A DNA stretch of 64,000 bases from Amoebidium appalachense (Eukaryota; Protista; Ichthyosporea), in the NCBI GenBank assembly GCA_963693365.1, contig CAVNZM010000005.1:12485728-12549727 (forward strand), read 5' to 3'. The position numbers and the translations under genes were made by a program. The first letter of the stretch is position 1; every line of letters starts with the position of its first letter. Shown in pieces: positions 12,059 to 24,879 of the stretch. Under the pieces are notes generated by a model. It had not been told where the DNA came from, did no database searches, and saw only the letters and a list, made by a program, of their open reading frames with translations.

Positions 12059-13652
12059 TTAAAAGGGTTAGAATGCCTTGTTTTTTTTTCATGACGGACA
12101 ACATAAATCAGTCATTGCAAAACAAAGGGCACACACCAGTTTGCCCGCTATCCACCCACCATACGCATGTGTGTGCAACGACAAGCAGACAGGACTAGGA
12201 AGCATTGACATGTTAAAGAGACAGACGGGGGAAGTAAGAAACACCTGTGCATACGGCAAGCACTCGCACGTGTGTGGAGTATGACAGCCATGCACACAAA
12301 AATTTTGCAAAAGACAAATGCAAGAGCCAACACTATCTGTTGCCGTTGCACACACGAGCCTGCCCACTCCCTTAGATGCCTCACACAGAATACTTGGACA
12401 GAAAAGGAAATGGGGGCAAGAGACGAAAAGGCACAAGTGTTCAGACATTCGAGAGCTAAAAGTTAGAACAGGACGTAGCCCAGTCAGACAGAATAAGAAA
12501 GCAGAAAAAGGTGGCAGGAGGGAGAGAGTGGGGAGAAGGGGGGGGGGAGGGGGGGGAGGGGGGAGGGGGGGGGGGAGGGAGGGAGGGGAAGAGAGAGAGA
12601 GAGGAGAGAGAGTGAGAGAGAGAGAGGGGGGGGGGGGGGGGGAAGGGGGGGGGGAGAGAGAGGGAGCGGGAGGGAGGGAGGGAGAGAGGGAGCGAGACGT
12701 GGGGTTGGTTGGGTGGAGCGGGAGGGGGGGGGGGGGGGGGGGGGGGGGACGGGCGGAGGGAGGGGCGAGAAACAGAGACAGGGGAGGGGAGGAAGGGGGG
12801 GGGGAAGGAAAGAGAGGGAGGAATGGACGGACGGACAGCAAAGTGGGGGAACCTCAATATTCACAGAAGGGAGAGAGTGGGGGAGCATGGGGAGGGGGGA
12901 GAGAGGGAGAGAGAGGGGGGGACAGGGAGGGGGAGAGGAAAGAAGGAGGGAGTGCGAGAGGGACTCGGAGAGGGGGACAGGAGAGAAAGAGGGAGGGAGG
13001 GACAGAGAGCCGGGGGTGAAGGGGGGAGGGAGGGGAGGAGGGAGGGAACGAGGGAGAGAGAGAGGGAGGGAGGGTGAGAGAGCGCGGTAGCGGGGAGGGA
13101 GGGAGAGGGGAGGGGGGGGAAGGGAGCGGAGGGAGGAAGGGAGGGGGTGGAAAGGGAGAGGGAGACAGAGAGGGATGGAGCAGGGAGGGGGAGGGGAGGG
13201 GCAGAAGGAGGGGGAGGGGGTTAGGGGGGTGGCAGCTGTACAAAAACGACACTCACCATTATTACTGTGGCTTAGTCGAGCCTGCACGTATACCATGCAA
13301 GTCTGGTGGGCCAACTCTGGCCCCAGGCGTGAAACTAAAAACGGGCGTGAACTGTGTATCACGACTAATGAGAGTTTGAGATGGCTTAGTCTCCATATTT
13401 AAGTAGAAATCTTCAAGTAGGCTACACATCCACTCGCAAAAAGGTTGTTATTGCAAAAATGCCGAAATCTGCAAAATTGAAAAATAGAGAAAATAGAAAA
13501 ATAGAGAGCAACGTTGCAATGACATAATGCGATTATTTGTCTATATATCTCGTTTTATCCAGAAATTGTGAAAATACGACTGGGGAGATATGCAAAATTG
13601 AGAAAAAGGAAAAGCGGAAATAGCCAGATTGATTTGCTCATTTCGGAATGGG
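10414..13652. mobile_element. 3.2-kb non-autonomous TIR element with ATAT TSD, nested in 5793-14132
   Basis: TIR CCCATTCCGAAAYGAGCAAATCAAT at both ends (1 mismatch); ATAT at 10410-10413 and 13653-13656; no transposase ORF seen. Confidence 0.8.
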
Positions 13653-14480
13653 ATATGGCGATAGATTGTTCATATGTTTCTTGATATTTATATCTTTGTA
13701 TTTCTATGAATTACATATTGGCAATACATTAATAATGCGTTCATAGTGCAACTACAATGCGAAAATACAGTATTATCCATATCATTATCTGTATTTTTGA
13801 TATTATTTGGTTGTTATTGTAATATTGCCCGGGTATAATTGATATTGGCAATACGTCTATAATGCTAGCGCAATAGTAATGCAATGGTAATGTAATGGCA
13901 CTCTAATTTATTGGCGATATTGATGTAACATATACTGGATAATATATTCATATCAGCGGGATATCGACAATAGAGGGTATTGGTACTGTATTACCATTGA
14001 CAATACCAAAGCAATATTATTGCAATATGGCGTTCCTATTGGCGGCAAGGGGTTCTATTGCCAATATCGCCAATGGCTCCAATAGCAAAAAATACGTTGG
14101 CAATACTTCCGGGAAGTTTGCTGATAAAGTTTATTACCTCCATATCATGGACCAGGGACCACGGTGCGCGTACATCCAATAATAATGAGCAAAATGCCAA
14201 ACTTTTCAGCAGTGTGATTTTAATCCAATCGGAATAGCTTATGTACCTGCTCCAATCAATCCCTGTTCTCCTAAAATTTAAAGCATGCAGACACCCGAGC
14301 TGTCTCAAGCTTGCGCGCAGCTAGCTCCATGATATGGATCCATTTGCATTTAAATGAACCAGCATGCACCGAAACAGCAACACTCCACAAAGTGCACCAT
14401 TCAAATTTGTCGATGAGCTTGAAGGGCATAGTTTCTTCAATCAACCATTTCACTCCCTCACCCACCCAAACGTAAAAAAA

Positions 14481-16077
14481 ATGTCCACAGACACTCTCGG
14501 TGGTACGGGGCCCTACCCAGGCTATGATGGCGAGCAGCGTGGGGAGCTTCGTCCTATGATAGCGGCCGAAAGTCGCCTCATCTACCGCACGGCGCTCGCT
14601 GAACGCTACAAGACATGGATGTGGCTAAAGGCAATTTTCTGCCTTGATTTTTGCTCGTGTATGATGATGGATAAGATCTTCAAGTCGTCGCATGTGTCCG
14701 TCTACACCAACAAGGTGTGCACATACATGCATGACTTGCTTGCGATGCATCTCCTGCTTGCGCATGCCTGCCTGTACATGTAATGCATATATCATCATGA
14801 TGCATCTCCTGCTTGCCTGCCTGTACGAATACATGTACCTAATGCATATATCATCATGATGCTGCTGCTGCCATCCGTTAACATGGACCTAGTATGGTAA
14901 CTTGGTCAATAAAAGTAACCATAGATAATGTCAATAAAAGTAGCTTTTTTTGTTTTTGTTTGTGTTTTTTTATTATTGATATCCGGCCGTTTCACTCCCA
15001 AATAAGGGAGCTACCGTCTACCACTCCACGTACCGGCTGTACTCTAGGCGAGGATTTAGCGGTCGTATCATCACTAACACACCACTATTTATCCTAGACA
15101 ATAATGTACAAACTTTGCCCAGGGCACTGCCCTGCAGCCATGCTAGTGGGAATAATAAAAACTATAGTGGCATTCAAAATACTAGATAGGCTAACAATTA
15201 ACTCCATCATCACCGTTTCTCTGCAGATTGAGTACAACTACCCCAGGACCGGCCTTGGGCTCTGCTGCTGCGGTGTCAAGGACGATGCCCGCGTCATCTA
15301 CCTCGACAATAAGGTAAAAACCAAGTGCATGATACTATGCAATCAACATATACCCCCCCCCCCCCCCCCCCCCCCCCCCCGCGGTGCACACACACACACG
15401 ACACACACTTCCACCCACCTACCCTACCCACCCGTCCCCGGCCTACCCCCCCCCCCCCCCCCCCCCCCACATCCCCCCTCTTCCGGAGTCCCCTCTGCCG
15501 CATCCCTCCCTGGCCCGGCCGCGGGTCTCTCCAATAGTAATTTGACACGCATGATTGTCTTCCCCGGGAAAAAAAAACGAAGTCAAAGCAATGAAAACTT
15601 TGAAACCGTTATTTTTTGAAAATTTCGGAAACGCGTGTTCGCGGGGTGTAACCGACCCCGGATCCGAGGCCCCTTGAAGTAGCATATATAGATCACGAGT
15701 CACCCATAGTATAAAAAACGCCAACATAAATTAACGCAAGTTCAAATTCGCCCCCGCAGGTGACCAAAAAGGTCAGCAAGGCCGGCTGCTGCACTCCCTG
15801 CTGCACCCACTGCTCGTGCTGCCCCACGTGCTTTGACATGTGCGGTGACTCCCTCATCCTCCACGGCAACACCTTCCCCTGCTGCTTTACGCGTTTCGAC
15901 GGGCTGAAAGACGCAGACACCCTCGCGCAAAAAATCAACAGTGCACAGGAGAAGGTGAAACACCTGCCTTCGACACCGGTGATTGGACGGCAGCCCCCGC
16001 AAATGAGGTCTATGGATAGTCTGGGTTCGTCGTCCCAGCAGCTGGGAGCAGACGCCAAGAAGAGGCAGAATGTTTGA
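14481..16077 (+). CDS. Gene A: uncharacterised Cys-cluster protein, ~212 aa, 3 exons (14481-14714, 15227-15313, 15760-16077)
   Basis: ATG after an A-run; two phase-0 GT-AG introns; continuous frame ...VSVYTNK|IEYNYPRTGLGLCCCGVKDDARVIYLDNK|VTKKVSKAGCCTPCCTHCSCCPTCFDMCG...; GC3-rich codons. Confidence 0.85.
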
Positions 16078-16474
16078 GATATACATAATTTTACATTGGA
16101 TAAAGAGGAATGAGATAATCAATACAATCCGGGGAAGGAAAATGCAGGTTCGAATGGTGCAGTTAACCTGTGACGTTGTACCATCTATATGTACTAATTA
16201 TTCGTTAGAATCGCAAGGTCAGGAAATTTAAAGTGTCCACTTACTAGGTGTCGGGTAACTAGGCTAGCGCTACATGTACAATCATATCGACGTACTATTG
16301 CTCAGTGCATAGACTATAAATGCTCTTCATGTGTGGCTTGATTTTTTCATGTTGCTTGGTGACCTACAGCGAAAATAAAGTCGGCCATTTTCAGAGAGCG
16401 TTTTTGCATATTCCAATGTACATGCAACTAGGATCCCTAACTGATACTCGGAGTCCAGCCATGAATTATGGCAG

Positions 16475-16478
16475 TTTA

Positions 16479-16510
<32 letters not shown>

Positions 16511-16750
16511 ACACACACACACACACACACCACTCACCCACCCCACTTCCCTCCCTATATGACGGGCAACCGTTGCACAAAAATCATGATACAACGAGAA
16601 CTGATGACCCCCCCCCCCCCCCCCCCCCCCCCCCTCAACACACACACACACACACACACACGCACGCACACACACACCACTCACCCACCCCACTTCCCTC
16701 CCTATATGACGGGCAGCCGTTGCACAATTATGTATAACGAGAACTGATGA
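16475..16750. repeat. Two-copy ~147-bp tandem duplication
   Basis: CACTCACCCACCCCACTTCCCTCCCTATATGACGGGC at 16531 and 16678. Confidence 0.85.
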
Positions 16751-17435
16751 AACCCTCCCCTCTCCCCCACCCCCGTCACAGCCTCCCTCCCCCCCCTCCC
16801 CCCTCATTTAATGGAAAAATCAGTTGTAATAGAATGCACATATGGTGTTAATGAACACCCCTTAGAAACATCCCGCTCTCCGTACAGCACATACACTTTT
16901 GAGCCCCCCCTAAGCAAACATCCGTTATCTTTAATGCACATTCATGTGCCCACGGGGCCTTAGTTCGACATCCGATGTACATACAATACATTTACGAACC
17001 CTCCCAAAGTAAAACAGCATCTGCGCACTTTCTCCAGTCGACTCTCTCTCTCCGAGGCCCTCTCTAAGGCTCCCCCCCCCCCCCCCCCCCCCAAACACAC
17101 GCACACACACACACACACACAATTATGCACACATGCACATGACACAAACACACCAGCAGCACACCGTAGCACACGTGCACGCGCGCATGCACATGCACAG
17201 GCCGGAACACACACACACCCACACACACCCACACACTAGCCCACACACGCCCCTTGCATGATGAATCGCTAGTCTCAGGCTTTTGATGCACACCGTAATA
17301 TAAACCAACACCCACGGGGAAGCTGCATAGGGGTGGACAAAACAGGCGCAACTTAGTGAAATACGAAAAGTGAAAATACGAAAAGTGAAAATACGAAAAG
17401 TGAATGATACGAGAAGTGTACATAGATTACTGCAC

Positions 17436-18088
17436 ACTCATGTTATCTAACTGCGATATACAGCTTGCGGCAGATAATCTAGATATGGGGCTAGATAACC
17501 TGCACGCTTACACTCCACTGATATAAATATATTAATTAGATAGCTTGCACTCAGGTTGCCTGTATGTGATAGATAACCTTCACCCAGATCATCTAAAATT
17601 GGGTTAGATAACTCGTACTCAAGTCATACAACTGTGCTAGATAACTCGAGCTTCCGCTCAATTTCTCTTTATTGGGGGTAGATAATTTACCCTCGTATCA
17701 TCTAAATGTGATAGATAACTTACACTCATGTTATCTAATGTCGTAGATAGGTTTACATTATGTATCCACTTGGAGGTAGATAACCTGGTTGTGGGATAAC
17801 TACCCTCGTGTGGGTAGAATGATGAATCGAGTGTCGGCTATATCTACCGCACCTGTGGGAGATAGATGGCACGGGGTATGCAATCTCCTTAGCTTAATAG
17901 AGAAGAGAACAGAGTGTTTGTTATCTACACCATTTAAATAAACCGAACGTAATTTATCTACGACATTTAGATAGCCCGTGTGGTTTTTATCTACCACATT
18001 TAGATAACCAGAACGTAAACCTATCTACGACATTAGATAACATGAGTGTAAGTTATCTATCACATTTAGATGATACGAGGGTAAATTA
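17436..18088. repeat. TAGATA/TATCTA-rich TE-like block with a perfect 74-bp inverted repeat
   Basis: 17683-17756 is the exact reverse complement of 18015-18088, with a 258-bp spacer. Confidence 0.85.
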
Positions 18089-18650
18089 GGTTTATATATG
18101 GGAGGGGCTTAAAACACAGGGCAGGGGTTGAGGCAGGCAGGCAGGCAGGCACGAGTCGGGGTGGGTCTGTGTGTAGGTCACAGTTTGCGGGGAGGGTGGT
18201 AGCCTATGATGAGGGGGGGCTCACCGCAGGGGGGGGGGGGGGGGTTCTAGAATGGCACACTCGGATATGGGTGTTTGTGTCCACATTCGGAGACATGTGA
18301 CCGTTACCAAGTTGTGCCTGTGTGCCTTTTGGGGAGGGGCGGGAGGGGGGAGGGGGAGGGGGGGGGGGGGTTGTCTGGGTGTGGGTCTGGCTATGTCTGA
18401 GCGTGAGCTCTGTGGGCTTGGGGAGTGTTGATGGCACACATGCGGGAGCGGAAGGGCAAATAGATGGTGGTGGTGGCGGGAGGGGAGGGGGGGGGGGGGG
18501 GAGGGGGGGATGTGTGCATGTGTGCATGTGGGGGGAGAAGGGGGGGGGGGGGGGGGGTATAGGAAGCCAACAGGAAAAGGAGGGGGGGGGGGGAGGGAAG
18601 GTTTGGAACCAGACACCAAGAAAACAAAAAGTCGTACCAGAACACTAGAA

Positions 18651-18683
<33 letters not shown>

Positions 18684-19803
18684 AGGTCACAGGTGCGTAT
18701 TATGCCGTGAGCCAGCAATTGCGACTCATCGGCCTGGGCTCAAAATATCTGAAGTCAGCAGGTAAACATCATGTATCATCCAACCTCCCCCCCCCCCCCC
18801 CCCCCCCTCCACCCCCTCCCCTCTCTCTTCCCCCTCCCCCTTCCCCCCCTATCCCCCCTCGCTACCATGTGTCTGTACATGTGCCTGCAGGCGTTAAGTG
18901 AAAATACAGTAGGTTCTGAGATTGAGTACGAATGGAATGAAAAGGCAAAGGGAATCACAATCACCGGAATCACAAATGCAGAGAGGAACGAATAGGGTAC
19001 GGAGGAGGTAATATGGTTCGAGGCCTGGCCGGTATACGAACGGTGGTGGTGGCGGTGGTGGTGGTGGTGGGGGGGGGGGGGGGGGGGGGGGGGAAGATTC
19101 AGGAGGGGAGGCAGGGGAAGGGGGGTTCGGGGGGGGGGGGTTCCGGGGGGGGGGGAGGGGGAGAAGGGGACGGGGATTCGACCCAGGTCACCACACTCAT
19201 GTTCAGGCAGATAGGGTCTACCATTTGCATGCTTGGACACACCCCTTTAACCCCGCCCCCCCCCCCCCCCCCTTTGCCTCCCCCCCCTCCGCCCCCCCTG
19301 CCCCCCCCCCCCCCTGCACCACCCACCCACCCTCAGTCAAGCTTTGTTCCCGCTTGGCACAGCTTACGACTTCAGTGTGTTGGCTAGAGTGCCCCCCCCC
19401 CCCCCCCCCCCCCCCCTCCAACTCCCACCCGTGCTAACCCATAGGCACACACACATTTTTGACACACACATCTCTCTATGCATAGCCGCCAAAAAAAAAT
19501 ATATACCACAACACACACACATTTCCGCATAGTTAGGTATCCCCCCCCCCCCCCCCCCCCCCCCCTAAAAAAAAAGAAAAGAAAATACAAAAGAAAGAAA
19601 CACACACACAATCCTCCTTTTACCCAATATATGAGTGCGTGAGTCCCCGCCCCCCTCTGTCGACCAAAGACACTCCAACCCCCCCCCCCCCCCCCCCCCC
19701 CGGCTACCGTTCTCAGTATCCCCCTCTCTTCCCCCCCCATAATTCCGGGCCGCCCCTCCCCCCCCCCCCCCCCCCCCCTCCCCCCCTCCCCTCCCCTCCT
19801 CCT

Positions 19804-19845
<42 letters not shown>

Positions 19846-20149
19846 AAAAGTTCTGCCTCCTTTCTCTCAGACTTATCCACTCAAGTCCTCCGCCAGCCCA
19901 AACCCCCCTTGCCCTGTGTCCCCTTACTCGTTCTGGCGGAGCAGAGTAAAAAGTGGTTCAAGACCTTCAATACCTATCAAATATTCAATTTGATTTATTT
20001 GATTATTACTATCTCAATTGGTAGAGCACTGGTAGTGTTTTGTAACGAGATGATATGGGTTGGTTTGCCGGTGTGCCAAGAGCATAAGACTTCTGTCTGC
20101 GATAAGGTCCCTTACCAAGCAAACAGGATCCTTCCAGCGAAAGTCTATC

Positions 20150-20905
20150 CTCAATGTGGGTGTAGATATCTATTATCCCCATGGGGGAAGATAACCTGCA
20201 TTATATACCCCCTTAATTGTAGGTAATCTAGCTGTAGGCTATCTACTGAGATATCCTGGCTATAGGTTATCTCCCGTGATATCTGGGTTATAACCGTGAT
20301 ATCCTGGTTGTGGGTTGTCTGCTGAGATATTATGGTTGTAGGTTGTCTACTGAGATATCCCGGTTACAAGTGTCTAATGGGATATCCCGGTTGTAAGTGT
20401 CTACTGAGATATCCCGGTTGTAAGTTGGCTACCGAGATATCATGGTTGTAGGTTATGTACATAGAAGGATCTGGTTGTAGGTTATCTACTGAGATATCCT
20501 GGTTGTAGAATACTTACTAAGATATCCTGGTTGTATACTACGTCGGTCGAGTCTACCAGCGGGTATAGATGATCACATTGTGGGGTCGTGTATACGGACC
20601 GTCCCACGCTCCTGTGGGCATTATATCCTGCGGGAGTAGATAAACTGAGTGTAGATGATAGCCCTGGTGTAGATTATCTACCCCCACGCTTATAAAACCG
20701 GAGCATAAGTTATCTACCGTACCCCCACACTTAGATAGCCTGAGCGTAGTTATCTAACCTAAATAAATTGAATGTGTGGTAACATATCCCCACGTGTACA
20801 AGGATAGATGGCCCGGGTTACTGCGTATATGTAAACCCGTGGGAGTAGATGGTCACAGTCGTGGGTTATCTACCCCAGTGTGTGTTTGCCACGGCGTGTA
20901 TCTAG
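20150..20905. repeat. TAGATA/TATCTA-rich block with ~28-bp tandem repeat
   Basis: About 11 degenerate copies of GGTTGTAGGTTATCTACTGAGATATCCT (20230-20535); same motif family as 17436-18088. Confidence 0.75.
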
Positions 20906-21307
20906 GGGTATTAGTGATACAGAGGACGTGTGTGGGCTAATTTTTGTGTGTGTGTGTGTGCGTACGCGCGTGTGGGCATGGGTGGGTGGGTGTTTCATGT
21001 GTGTGGATTTAGGTAGGTGTGTTGGTGACAGTGTGTGCATGCGTGTATGCGCGCGCGTGTGTGCATGGGCGTGCGCGCGCGTGTGTGTGTGTGTGCGTGC
21101 GTGTGTGTATGTATGTATGTGTGTGTGTGTGTGCGTGTGTGTGTGGGCGTGTGTGTTTGTGTGTACGTGTGTGTGTTTGTATGTGTGTATGTGTGTGTGT
21201 GCGGGGGGGTAAGGGGGGGGTTGACGGCATGTGTGTGTGTGTGTGAATGCGTGTGTGTTTTTGAATGTGTTTGTACGTCACGGTGGAGGGGTGGGCAGGA
21301 AGGTGGG

Positions 21308-21343
<36 letters not shown>

Positions 21344-21806
21344 GACGGGTGTGTGTTTGTGTATGTGCGTGGGTGTGGGTGTACGGTGTGTGTGTGTGTG
21401 TCACAGTGTGTGTGTGTGTCACAATCTCTGTGTGTGTGTGCGGGTGCCTGTGTGTATGTGTGTGTATGGTGTGTGTTTGTGTGTGTGTGTGTGCATGCCG
21501 TGCGCGCGTGTATGTGTGTGCGTGTGTGTGTGTATGTGTGTGTATGCGTGTGTGTGTGTGGGTGTGTGTGTGTATGTTTGGGTGTGTGTGTGTGTGTGCT
21601 GTTGAGGTGTCCCGGCATGTGTATGCATATAGTGTATGTGCCATGCTATGTACACGGCACTGTGTGCGTATGGGAGGGTGGGGGGGGGGGGGGGGGGGGG
21701 GGGTTACTTTTTCACGTGATGTGCATGCTTCATCCACGTGCTTGTAACTCCGACACATCAGCAGTGCACCACTCCTTCCCCCCCCCCCCCCCCTTTCTCT
21801 CCCCCC

Positions 21807-21845
<39 letters not shown>

Positions 21846-22535
21846 ACCACCACCACCACCACCACCACCACCACCACACACACACACACACACACAAATC
21901 TAATAATGAATGAAAATATACAACCAAAATACCCGTTGAAATGAAGCAGCGCCCAAAAAAGGAGAGGAAAAAAAAAAAAAAACCCCGGATACAAGCGGCG
22001 GAGTATTCAACATGCCCAACAAAGCAACTTGAACCGACTCATGTTGATGGCTCCCGGTGACCAGGAGCGAAGTTGCGATGTTTTCTCTTCTTCTCTCTCT
22101 CCCTCTCAGTCTCTCTCTCGCGGCTTCCCCCCCCCCCCCCCCCCCCCCCCTCCCCCCCTCCTCTCCCTTACCCCCCCGTCACTACCGGCCAAAAATAAAA
22201 CTAAAAAAACCATTATCATTTCCGTACCAACCTTCACCACCTACCGCCAGTCTCCCTCAGCAAGAGTCTTCAATGGCAGCCTGGTGGCCTATCAACGATG
22301 ATATGCTAGCAAGAGGCAAAAATATTTTTACCCTCCCCTCCCCTCCCCCCTCCTCCTCCTCCTCCCCCCCACCCCCTTCCCCCCCGCCCGGACCCTCCCC
22401 CCCCATCCCCCCCCCCCCCCCCCCCCCCCCCCCAAAGAAATTTTTTAAAAACCGAATAAGAAAGACATAGAATTGGAAGAAAAGAAAAGGAATCTACGCA
22501 TGCAAGTACGACATCGGTGAGCCCCGGATCGTAAG

Positions 22536-22576
<41 letters not shown>

Positions 22577-23434
22577 TACCTTTTTTTTTTTCTCCCCGAA
22601 GTCACCCCTAGGCATTGAGCAAATGACTTCACGGAACTATTATTAGACTTTGCCGACACTGAACACCCGGTGCAGGGGGCTCCGTATTAATGGGACTCTG
22701 CAACTTGTGCACGATGGTGTGATCATATGATATGTATGGAAGCCCATCGCGGAGTGTCGAGAAGCACTTTACCCGCGGGGGGGGGGGGGGGGGGGGAGGG
22801 GGGGGGGGGGGGGGGGGGGGGACAGGGGGGGGGGAGGGGGGGGGGGAGATGGGTGAGTTCAGGAAGTGTCTCAGGGAAGCTCAAGCTTGGTCCGTTATAC
22901 AACCGAAACTTGAAATGCACCAACCTCATAGTATACCGGGCTGCTGCCGCCGGTTTGTATGTAGACGCCTAAATGGACAACACATGTACAACTGCAATGA
23001 TCAACCTGTTTTATCTTTTATTGCGTGTTAATTCAAAAACTCCCGGAGGCACACCATCATGGGAGCTACCGCCCTGCTCTACACTCAATTGTTGTAGTAT
23101 CTAAATATACGGTAAAAATAGCAATTTGAAGGCCAGGCCCCACTCCAAGGTGCTCTAGCTACATTGGGGTGTCAATAGACACATGCACTAACAAGCTTAA
23201 AGTACTCTGTGACAGTAACACCGAGGAGCTATATACTCCTGGTTTCCGAGCCAGAGACTCTTTTCTGTTTTTTGCATGGTGGTAAAGTCCCGCTCAGGCA
23301 ACACAGCCAGTCACTAACATGAACACACCACACCAAGCTAGCGGGAGTCACATCCACTCATGGACACAGCTAGCACAAATCAAAAAATAAAAATAAATAA
23401 ATCATGGAAAAAACTGGCAGAAATCCAGCAAAGC

Positions 23435-24828
23435 TCATGCCAGAATACCATTAATATTGAACATAGCAAAATATGCCAAAGAACACACACCGAGCCCCAG
23501 ATATGCTGCGTACGGCAGCAGCCTCACTGTTTCTCCGCTACTGTTAGCGTTGTTGTTTGTCGCACTGTTGTCCGTTGGGGTCCACGCCGACCATGGGGCC
23601 GGGGCCGGACAGCTGGGGAGAGTGCAGGACGTAGATGAGGTGGAAGCCCCGCTGCAGCTCAGCGTGTCGGTGTTCTTGATGCAGGTGCGCGTCAAGGCCT
23701 GCAAGGGTTATAATGAATTTACTTTTGGTGGATCGCTGAATACTATTAAAGTTTCATTGGCTGTCCTTCACCTGGGCGAATTCAACTCGGACTCGAGTTG
23801 GGTGCATGTGCATGTGAATGATACTCATCATGGGTGGGTGGAACATACATAAGTAAGGAGAGCTTCGCAACGGCCCAGTGACCTCAATAAGTATATTGGA
23901 CACTGAGGGCGCATTCACCTATCATCGAACGGTAGAAGCACACTCTCGGACAGATACTAGCAGTTATGGCGGCGGCAGCAGCAATAATTACAACTAGAGT
24001 CGTAATCCATTCACTTATGATATATAATAGTTGTGCAGTTTCCAGACACAACAACACTTGCCTGTGTCCCGGTGCCGCAGGTGACCGAGCAACCACCAGT
24101 GTTGGTCCACGAGCTCCACGAGGCAGTCGATTTCACGGGCGTAACGAGTCTCCGGACGCTAATCTGGCACGTAGGGTTCTTGGTTTTGTCCACGTTACCG
24201 GTGAAGTTATCCCTATATACGGCTATAGTTGCAGTGTCTGATGACGACATGCTATTCAATACGGCCTCGATCGTTATGGACACGTCCAGAAGAAGATCAT
24301 TACCGATGTTTGCTGGCTCATGGTCCCATAGTCTGAAGGTGACAGTGTTTGCACGTGCCACGTTGTAGAATGGTTTCTTGTCAGTCCATGAGGGAGTGCT
24401 GGTGTCTCCTTGCCAAATCGACACATGCTTGTATTTAAAGCCGTTCGTGTATACCTCATAATAGGGATCAACGCTGGTTTCAGCCAAAAATCCTGGTGCA
24501 CCAAATATACCCGAACACTTCACTGCTTCGATGCCTAAGGATTCTTCCCCGATGCGGTAGCTCCGCGCCGCAGTCTGCATATGAGTTCACGGTGGAAAGG
24601 GTGCCGGACGTGTAGCAGCAGATATCCTGGGTTATAGCTCATATGATTTGGCCACGGTGTGAAGCTAAGGCTGCACACTTGCCCTGCATGATAGTAGAGT
24701 TATCAATCAACTCATGTAACATTCAAGCGGAATCTGGCCTCATGGTTCAAGGGTCGTGACCGTGAAAGTGCTACTGCGGCCACAAAATTCATATACTGTA
24801 TGAACATGTAACAGTCGTCGATGCATCA

Positions 24829-24879
<51 letters not shown>

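Larger units (their letters stand above)
5793..14132. mobile_element. ~8.3-kb TIR-bounded composite DNA element with nested insertions
   Basis: Perfect 22-bp TIR AAACTTTATCAGCAAACTTCCC (5793-5814 / 14111-14132); many subterminal ATTGCCAAT/TTGGCAAT motifs; flanks ATTAAC and ATTACC. Confidence 0.7.

Noticed and set aside
12089-13402. Pro/Gly/Glu-rich ORFs of 250-290 aa, and the many HTHT/VCVC/PPPP ORFs across the window
   Set aside because: Low-complexity purine tracts and microsatellites.
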